Positions 28,495 through 35,348 of a stretch of DNA of 64,000 bases are shown one piece after another; within the stretch, counting starts at the first letter, position 1; each line of letters begins with the position of its first letter. Origin of the DNA: a virus; IMG/VR virus record IMGVR_UViG_3300045988_131228, positions 1-64,000 of that record, one strand, 5' to 3'. The position numbers were made by a program, and so were the translations under genes. Under the pieces are notes generated by a model that saw only the letters and a list, made by a program, of their open reading frames with translations, was not told the DNA's origin and ran no database searches.

Positions 28495-28567
28495 TGCGGA
28501 TTAGAGAAGTAGTTAACTCGCTTGGCTCATAACCAAGAGAACATTGGTGCAAATCCAATATCCGCTA
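28495..28567 (+). tRNA. tRNA-Met (anticodon CAT) with initiator-like features
   Basis: Hand-folded cloverleaf. Anticodon stem CTTGG/CCAAG, loop CTCATAA, T arm ATTGG-TGCAAAT-CCAAT, U8, A14, A21, 1:72 U-U mismatch, A11:U24, A73. Confidence 0.7.
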
Positions 28568-28599
28568 TTTGATGCGTTTTATGACGCATCATAAATTTT

Positions 28600-29478
28600 A
28601 CAATGTTATTGTTACGATTATGTGGCTTGACACAGATAGTATATCGTGAGGTATATAAAGATAGATTTACACCCTATCGCTATAGAAATATAGTCAATTC
28701 AAGCAAAACTGACATACCAGTAACTCAAAAGGTTGCGTTTCGCAATTGAGTCTATGCGGAAATAGTATGTATTATAAGGAGCGATAAAGTGATTTAGGGG
28801 CGACCGCTGAGAATTACTTTTTGACCGCAAATCAGATAGCTCATGCAAACTTATATGCATATAATGGTGAATCAGGAGGATAAATAGTGCGAGAAATTAT
28901 TAATCGAGTGCATTATCCATTTATATGAGTATATTACTTATATGAACGTTTAGTAGGGATTATAACTGAAAGACATGAAGGTGTGATGTATTTTTGTTCT
29001 CAAAAGGAATGAAAGCGTCTGGTGTAGCACATCTTCTGTAACTTGGACTTAAACTTGTTGTAAAGTAGAATAATATTATCGGGAATGGTGGAATGCCGTT
29101 TACGTTTAAAAGGTAAAAGAATATTTATATACTTAAATATTACATACAAAGCGAAAGTCTACACCTCTACATGGTGAAAACAACCTAATTCCATAGTACT
29201 TATAAGAGTATAATATGGACATTAATAAGTCTCGCAAGACTTTGAGATGTTTGATCGAGTTTGCACAGTTCTCTTAGCGGAGATTTATAGCACGGCGGTG
29301 TTAATGGAATAATAAAATCAGAGTAGTCATGTAGTAAAAGAGAAATGCCACTCTTTCAAAAAGGCGGTTGTGGAAGTTTACTATATATGCGTAAGGTATA
29401 TAGTGGATACGGAAAGAACTCATAATGTTCTAAAAGAACTTCTGTATAAATGTGTAATCTCAGCATTTATAATAATAA
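28600..29478 (+). ncRNA. candidate large structured non-coding RNA between tRNA genes (ROOL/GOLLD-class hypothesis)
   Basis: About 0.9 kb with no ORF of 60 aa or more on either strand. TTGACA at 28627. Many local hairpins, e.g. 28922-28944, 29228-29241, 29381-29403, 29412-29430. Confidence 0.3.
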
Positions 29479-29556
29479 TGATATATAGCTCAATTGGTTA
29501 GAGCGATTGTTTTCGTATGGATTTGGTAGATTTAGGTTCAAAGCCTAATATATCAA
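29479..29556 (+). tRNA. tRNA-like element or pseudo-tRNA with a degenerate anticodon stem
   Basis: Perfect 7-bp acceptor TGATATA/TATATCA, canonical D arm GCTC-AATTGGTTA-GAGC and T arm TTAGG-TTCAAAG-CCTAA. Only 3 of 5 anticodon-stem pairs form and the variable region is 9 nt. Confidence 0.45.
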
Positions 29557-29647
29557 TTAAGCCAGGAATAATCAAACTCTCTTAAATATACTGGCGATAG
29601 GGGACGTTGTGAGATGTCCCCTAAATGAGTTAGAAAGTTGGTAAATT

Positions 29648-29815
29648 ATGTATATAGAAAAAGATGGAATACCTTATATACATGATAATGAAAATAAAAT
29701 CAAAGATAAAATTTTAACAATTCTCTCACATGAAGAATTCACTTTAGCTACAACAAAACATCTTTTTGATAGAATTATTCAAGAAATTAATGAGAATAAT
29801 AAAATTAATTTATAA
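29648..29815 (+). CDS. small hypothetical protein (55 aa)
   Basis: Below the track cutoff. ATG at 29648, TAA at 29813-29815. Preceded by hairpin GGGGAC..GTCCCC (29599-29621). Confidence 0.4.
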   Translation: MYIEKDGIPYIHDNENKIKDKILTILSHEEFTLATTKHLFDRIIQEINENNKINL

Positions 29816-29860
29816 ATTTTCAGATTGTTCTTTTCTTCTTTGATCATTAAGTTCAGAAAT

Positions 29861-30007
29861 TTAGTTGAATGCTTCTGTATATGTTTCCATATACTTTTTA
29901 ACGAATGTTTTTACTTGAAGTGGTTGAGAACCAACAGAAGCACTTCTTTTAGCTACATAATCAGCTAATTCTTTAATTTGATTAAGATCTAAAGTTGTAT
30001 CTCTCAT
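29861..30007 (-). CDS. small hydrophilic protein (48 aa), a lone leftward gene in the tRNA island
   Basis: GGAGGTATACAA-ATG with its own promoter. MRDTTLDLNQIKELADYVAKRSASVGSQPLQVKTFVKKYMETYTEAFN. Confidence 0.45.
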   Translation of the reverse strand: MRDTTLDLNQIKELADYVAKRSASVGSQPLQVKTFVKKYMETYTEAFN

Positions 30008-30036
30008 TTGTATACCTCCGATGTATTTTTCTTACA

Positions 30037-30065
30037 ATTATACAACTTATGATGCGATTATTCAA
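30037..30065 (-). promoter_or_regulatory. sigma70-type promoter for the 48-aa leftward ORF
   Basis: Minus strand TTGAAT (30060-30065), 17 nt, TATAAT (30037-30042). Confidence 0.5.
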
Positions 30066-30198
30066 TATTTGATTATAAAAATCCAACAATGAGTGTCGAT
30101 TATTACGTTATTCGACTAATAAAATGCGTGTTAATAGTATGTTTGATATATCATAAAAATACATCACCGCTACTACTCATGGCGGTTGGATAAAATCA

Positions 30199-30287
30199 GT
30201 ACAGGTGGCAGAGTCGGGTTTAATGCGGATGCCTTGAAAGCATTTGATGGATAAAACCATCCGTGGGTTCAAATCCTACCCTGTACG
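30199..30287 (+). tRNA. tRNA-Ser (anticodon TGA), class II with a long variable arm
   Basis: Acceptor GTACAGG/CCTGTAC, anticodon stem GATGC/GCATT, loop CTTGAAA, variable arm GATGG-ATAAAA-CCATC, T arm GTGGG-TTCAAAT-CCTAC, G73. Confidence 0.85.
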
Positions 30288-30356
30288 TTACTCTCCTACT
30301 TGGAGAAATAAATGCAAAGGACGTGAATTGTTATAAAAGCAATTAATAAAAAAGAA

Positions 30357-30509
30357 ATGAAATACCTTATGAATAAAGGGTTTAAGTTCCATGAAGACAT
30401 TTTTAAGACATATAGTGGTAAGAATAAATACTACTATAGAGAATGTAATGCTATTAATAAGGCATTAGATGATTACCATAATGGATTAAGTGTTATGGAA
30501 TATAAATGA
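30357..30509 (+). CDS. small hypothetical protein (50 aa from the ATG)
   Basis: Ends in an ATGA overlap with the next start (30506). The frame is open upstream to 30328. Confidence 0.4.
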   Translation: MKYLMNKGFKFHEDIFKTYSGKNKYYYRECNAINKALDDYHNGLSVMEYK

Positions 30510-30708
30510 CAGGAAAGAAAGACAAAATATATAGGAAAGGTGGTAAGTTACCATCGGAAAGAAAAAGAAAAACAGTGTTAAAATATCATTTGTAGACTCA
30601 CCATCATCAGAAGATGTTACAGGGAGTCTTATTTATATTTCAACACAGAATCATAGAATTTTAGTTGATTGTGGCTTACATCAGACAAATGACAAGTATA
30701 AAGATTTT

Positions 30709-31986
30709 TTGGTAAACAATCGTAAATATAAAGAATTTAAACCAAAGGACATTGATTTTGTATTTATCACTCACAATCATGGGGATCACTGCTTGTTATT
30801 ACCGAAATTATATAAAGAAGGATGTAGAGCTGCCACTATTGTTTCAGAAGGATCAAAGCAAGTTTTGAAAGATATGGCAATTGATTCTGCTTTAATTAGT
30901 GAAAGAGACATATTGGTTATCAATTCTCAGAATAATAAGAATTATTCTCCACTTTATTCTATAGAAGATGTAAATAAAATGTTGGAATACACATTGGAAA
31001 AACCAGTAAATGAAAAAATTATTATTGATGATGAATTAGCTTTTGAGTTAATTCCAAGTGGTCATCTTCTTGGAAGTTGTCAAGTGAAATTATATTTTAC
31101 TGTTGATGGATTGACAAAAACCTGTTTAGTCACAGGAGATTTAGGAAATAAGATAATTCATAATAGATTTGTTGGTGAATATCAACAAGTAGATTATGCT
31201 GATGTTGTTATTGGAGAATCAACATACGGAGATAGACCAGATTTAAAAACTGGACTTAAAGAACGAAAAAATGATTTAGAAAAATTTAAAGCAATTATAG
31301 AAACACAAGTTCATGAAATGAAAGGACGGGTTGTTATCCCAAGTTTTGCGCAATCAAGACTTCAACAACTTGTGCTGATGATTTATGAAATGTATAAAGA
31401 TTCTCAATGGAAACCAAAAGTATATATAGATTCACCATTGTCTATTAAAATTTTTGATGATTATGACGAATGCTTGACTGGTGAAGATAAAAAACTTTTT
31501 GATGAAATGATTCAAGATAAGATGTTTACTTTTGTAAAAGAATCCGAAGACAGTAAATCACTTGTACAAAGTAATGAACCTTGTGTAATTTTATCGACCA
31601 GTGGAATGTGCATGGTCGGCAGGATCAGGCATCATTTAAAAAAATGTATTCCAAATCCTAATGCTACGATGCTCTTTGTGGGATTCAGTACAGATGGAAG
31701 CCTTGCTTCACTTTTAAAGGATAATAAACAAAAATTTGTTACCATTGACCAAAAAGAATATCCTTGTAGATGTGCTTCTTATTCATTAAAATCAATGAGT
31801 GGACACGCACCATTCTGGCAACTGATAGATGACTATACAAAAATTAATAGTCAAAAGATTGTCTTACATCATGGTTCCAAACAAGCAAAAGAAACTTTAA
31901 AAATTGCTCTGGAAAAAGAATTGGAGAAACAATGTAAGTCAACAAGAGTTGTAATTGCTAACTCAAGTTTGAAATTTACATTATAA
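30709..31986 (+). CDS. metallo-beta-lactamase-fold beta-CASP nuclease (RNase J/CPSF-like); the true N-terminus lies upstream of this TTG
   Basis: FVFITHNHGDHCLLLP carries the HxHxDH motif. The same frame is open from 30547 and encodes KISFVDSPSSEDVTGSLIYISTQNHRILVDCGLHQ. Confidence 0.75.
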   Translation: MVNNRKYKEFKPKDIDFVFITHNHGDHCLLLPKLYKEGCRAATIVSEGSKQVLKDMAIDSALISERDILVINSQNNKNYSPLYSIEDVNKMLEYTLEKPVNEKIIIDDELAFELIPSGHLLGSCQVKLYFTVDGLTKTCLVTGDLGNKIIHNRFVGEYQQVDYADVVIGESTYGDRPDLKTGLKERKNDLEKFKAIIETQVHEMKGRVVIPSFAQSRLQQLVLMIYEMYKDSQWKPKVYIDSPLSIKIFDDYDECLTGEDKKLFDEMIQDKMFTFVKESEDSKSLVQSNEPCVILSTSGMCMVGRIRHHLKKCIPNPNATMLFVGFSTDGSLASLLKDNKQKFVTIDQKEYPCRCASYSLKSMSGHAPFWQLIDDYTKINSQKIVLHHGSKQAKETLKIALEKELEKQCKSTRVVIANSSLKFTL

Positions 31987-32059
31987 TAAAATATAAAATA
32001 GAAAGAGGGTTATTATTATAGAAGTTTTAGATATTGCTTTACCTCAAAATTTAGAAAAT

Positions 32060-32635
32060 ATGTCATTACCATCACCAGAACTGGTGAATTATTATAGATT
32101 AGCTGAAAATAGAATTTTTTATATTGATTATGAAATTGATGAATCAGTATTAGAAGTTCAAAAAGCAATCATTTATTATAATATTATTGATAAAGATATT
32201 CCTGTTTCTGAGAGAAAACCAATTATTATCTTATTAGATACCCCTGGTGGATTACTTGTGGAAACATTTTCATTGGCTCAAACAATGGTTATGTCAAAAA
32301 CAAAAGTGATTACGGTAAATATTGGTACTGCTTATTCTGGCGGTGCATTACTTTTACTTGCAGGACACGAAAAATATACTCTAAAATATTCAAAAGCTAT
32401 GATTCATTCTGGAAGTACATCTGGTGGAGGCGGCACATTTGAACAAAATGAGGCGGCACAAAAGATTTATAAACAACAGATTGATGATATGGCAGAGTTT
32501 ATCTTAGAAAGATCAACTATTGATCCTAAAGTTTTTAAGAGAAATAAAGCAAAAGATTGGTATTTTAGTTCAGAAGAACAAGTAAAATATGGACTTGCAG
32601 ATAAAATTATTACAAGTTTAGACGAAATTATCTAA
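32060..32635 (+). CDS. clpP: ClpP-family serine protease homologue
   Basis: IIILLDTPGG, GTAYSGGALLLLAG, AMIHSGS. 191 aa. Confidence 0.7.
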   Translation: MSLPSPELVNYYRLAENRIFYIDYEIDESVLEVQKAIIYYNIIDKDIPVSERKPIIILLDTPGGLLVETFSLAQTMVMSKTKVITVNIGTAYSGGALLLLAGHEKYTLKYSKAMIHSGSTSGGGGTFEQNEAAQKIYKQQIDDMAEFILERSTIDPKVFKRNKAKDWYFSSEEQVKYGLADKIITSLDEII

Positions 32636-32695
32636 GGAGAGTTATCACTACTCTTCTATTTTTATGCAAATATATAGATTCAAGGAGAAGAAAAT

Positions 32696-32896
32696 ATGAT
32701 CAAGATCAACGAAACACCAGAAAAATTGAATCCACGCAAGAGAAATATCCAGCTTAAAAATATTTCATTACATGACCTAAATATTATTGATACAGATACA
32801 GGTGAAAACATTACTCAAGAAGTCATTGATGCCTTACCAGAAGGAACAGAAACAATTGACTTCAATATGAGTGTAAAACTTCCAGAAGAAGAATAA
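32696..32896 (+). CDS. hypothetical protein
   Basis: 66-aa ORF. AAGGAGAAGAAAAT precedes the ATG. Confidence 0.5.
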   Translation: MIKINETPEKLNPRKRNIQLKNISLHDLNIIDTDTGENITQEVIDALPEGTETIDFNMSVKLPEEE

Positions 32897-32904
32897 GTTG
32901 GGCG

Positions 32905-34071
32905 GTGGATGATATAAATAAAGTTGAGTTTTTAGAGCAACAGCTAGATTTATTAAAACGTAAACAGAAAGATTCAAACATTGAATGGCAAGATATCGCT
33001 GATTTCAGATCAGATTACAATGGGGAATCTGAACATAGAGATACTATCCGTAAAGGAAGTAAACTTTTGTATGAATACTTAGATGCAGGATGGGTACATG
33101 AACCAACATCAATGAGTATTTCTGAATCCGATGAAATTATTAGATTAAAGAAAGAACGTCAGAAATTGTCTGACGCAAGAGTTGAATATAATCGTCAAAT
33201 TAGACAGGAAGCTCGTAAGGAGTCTTATTCTGAAATGGTTAAAAGAATTATTTGTGAGAATGTAGAGCCAACTGATTTAAAAGTACAATATCATACTTTT
33301 AATAGTAATACTGATTTACTGGTACACCTCACTGATATTCACACAGGGATTGAGATTAATACTTGGAATAATACATTTAATCAAGATATTCTAAAAGAAC
33401 GAATTGAAAAATTCACTTCTGAAATTCTTAAAATTAGAGATTTACATAAATCTGAAAATTGTTATCTAGTCATCGGTGAAATCCTGTCAGGTATTATCCA
33501 TAACAATCTTCGATTACAAAATAACATGGATTTAATGGAACAATTCAAATATGTTTCAGAATTAATTTCTGCAATGCTAATTAGAATTGCAAATCATTTT
33601 AATAATATTTATGTATATGTTACACCTGGTAATCATTCAAGAATTTCACCTAAAAAAGAAGATGCTTTAGATGGTGAAAATATGGATGTATTATTACCAT
33701 TTTATTTGAAAGCAAGATTACAAAATATTAAAAATATTGATATTTGTGAAAATAATATTGATTCTGAGATTGCAATGTTTAATATTCGAGGAAATAATAT
33801 TTTTGCATCACACGGTCATAAAGATGCACCCGCAAGTGTTGTTCAAAATTTTACAATGATGTTTGGAATTAAACCAGACATTGTGCTATTAGGACATAGA
33901 CATTTGAATGGATTAACTACCGTATATAATGCAAAGGTTATTGAGTCAGGATGTTGCTCAGGAACAGACCAATATGCAATGTCTATTAGAAAAACTAATC
34001 GTCCTGAACAGACCATATCTGTTGTGGGACAGGATGGTTTAGTTTGTTTATATGATATTCAATTGGATTAA
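32905..34071 (+). CDS. calcineurin-like metallophosphoesterase (SbcD/Mre11-like fold)
   Basis: HLTDIHTG, PGNHSRI, SHGHKD, LLGHRH in the canonical order. 388 aa. Confidence 0.65.
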   Translation: MDDINKVEFLEQQLDLLKRKQKDSNIEWQDIADFRSDYNGESEHRDTIRKGSKLLYEYLDAGWVHEPTSMSISESDEIIRLKKERQKLSDARVEYNRQIRQEARKESYSEMVKRIICENVEPTDLKVQYHTFNSNTDLLVHLTDIHTGIEINTWNNTFNQDILKERIEKFTSEILKIRDLHKSENCYLVIGEILSGIIHNNLRLQNNMDLMEQFKYVSELISAMLIRIANHFNNIYVYVTPGNHSRISPKKEDALDGENMDVLLPFYLKARLQNIKNIDICENNIDSEIAMFNIRGNNIFASHGHKDAPASVVQNFTMMFGIKPDIVLLGHRHLNGLTTVYNAKVIESGCCSGTDQYAMSIRKTNRPEQTISVVGQDGLVCLYDIQLD

Positions 34072-34078
34072 TTGATAT

Positions 34079-34110
34079 GGAGAGTACATTTGCTACTCTC
34101 CTATTTTTAT
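34079..34110 (+). terminator. intrinsic terminator of the GGAGAGTA/TACTCTCC family
   Basis: GGAGAGTA (34079-34086), catttgc, TACTCTCC (34094-34101), then TATTTTTAT. Confidence 0.6.
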
Positions 34111-34143
34111 ATAAAAATATATGAAAGATGAGGAAATTTTTAA

Positions 34144-34446
34144 ATGACAAAAGTAGATTTTATTAATCATATGTACGAAAATGCAGTTGAAATGAACGAA
34201 GATGAAGAGAAAAAAGTATTCAAAAAAGATTCTGATTTTTATTTAGAAGTTTTTACTAAGTCATTAGCTGAAATTCTTAAAGCAGGAGAAAAACTTTCAA
34301 TTGTTGGACTTGGTACATTTGAAGTTGTCGAAAGAGCTGAAAGAGAAGGTCGCAATCCCCAAACTGGTCAATCTATTATGATAAAAGCATGTAAAATGCC
34401 AAAGTTTAAACCAGCAAAGGCACTTAAAGACCTTGTTAATGCATAA
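34144..34446 (+). CDS. HU/IHF-family DNA-binding protein
   Basis: LSIVGLGTFEVVERAEREGRNPQTGQSIMIKACKMPKFKPAKALKDLVN. Confidence 0.85.
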   Translation: MTKVDFINHMYENAVEMNEDEEKKVFKKDSDFYLEVFTKSLAEILKAGEKLSIVGLGTFEVVERAEREGRNPQTGQSIMIKACKMPKFKPAKALKDLVNA

Positions 34447-34462
34447 TAAGAGGGCTGATTAT

Positions 34463-35059
34463 ATGAATAAAATTCCAACTATTTGTTTTGAAGATATTTA
34501 TGAATTCTGTGAATCTATGGATTCTGAATTTAATAGACGATATTATGCATCTAAGTCAGATGAATCTGTAGATATTTCAATCTTTGCAAAATATGACAAT
34601 GCAAGAAAAATCATTAATCTTCTTACTAACTATGATTATGAACTTGCTAATATAAATTTTCATGATCCTGAGATTGATGGATATGAAGATGAATTTATAA
34701 TTACGTTATGCGCAAGAATCAGTAATCATGATACACCTGAAATCTGGGTTGAGCCTGCTAAACGAAAAGACGGTTATCTTCTGAATGAAGCAGATGCAAC
34801 TTATATTCTTGACGAATGTAGTAGAGCACTTTTACCACAAGTAGAAACTGCTAAAACTTACTTTGTTGAGTTAAAAGAAAATGTTGACGATGAATATGAT
34901 GATTTTGCAGATGACTTAGAATTAGGTAATTGTTACGATTGCTGTTGCCATCATGATTGTGTAGATTGTGATATGGATGACGAAGAATATGTAAATGTGA
35001 CTCTTCCTAAAGAAGATATTGAAACTTTACATATGCTTTGTCGTATTTTCAAAGTGTAA
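34463..35059 (+). CDS. hypothetical acidic Cys-rich protein
   Basis: 198 aa from the ATG at 34463. The track ORF starts at 34433 in the same frame. Confidence 0.5.
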   Translation: MNKIPTICFEDIYEFCESMDSEFNRRYYASKSDESVDISIFAKYDNARKIINLLTNYDYELANINFHDPEIDGYEDEFIITLCARISNHDTPEIWVEPAKRKDGYLLNEADATYILDECSRALLPQVETAKTYFVELKENVDDEYDDFADDLELGNCYDCCCHHDCVDCDMDDEEYVNVTLPKEDIETLHMLCRIFKV

Positions 35060-35091
35060 TCTATCTTTATCAGGGACATAGATCTCCTTTT

Positions 35092-35128
35092 AGAGTGCGT
35101 GGGTGTCATAGCTTACGCACTCTTTTTA
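35092..35128 (+). terminator. intrinsic terminator
   Basis: AGAGTGCGT (35092-35100)/ACGCACTCT (35115-35123), then TTTTT. Confidence 0.6.
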
Positions 35129-35348
35129 TATCCATTGGATTGTTTTGTTCAATGGAGAATTAATTATTGGGTGACAAACCCAAATTGCTCAATGTTAGTG
35201 TCATAGCTGATGTTGGGATTTAATGTCATTAACGGAACTCAAATATATGGTATGTTCCTATTACGTTAATGTCGGAGAGCCTGGTGGATAATTACCACCC
35301 TCTCTCCTTTTATTGTATATAAAAATACTTTAGAAGGAGGAATTAAAA

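Noticed and set aside
28672-29602. 9-bp complement CCCTATCGC (28672) / GCGATAGGG (29594) as a long-range closing stem of the putative large RNA
   Set aside because: A single 9-mer match across about 1 kb of sequence is roughly what chance allows. There is no supporting extension.
30199-30287. Possibility that the tRNA with anticodon TGA is a stop-codon suppressor indicating genetic-code reassignment
   Set aside because: Anticodon UGA reads the serine codon UCA, not a stop codon. G73 and the long variable arm fit tRNA-Ser. All large late ORFs are intact in the standard code.
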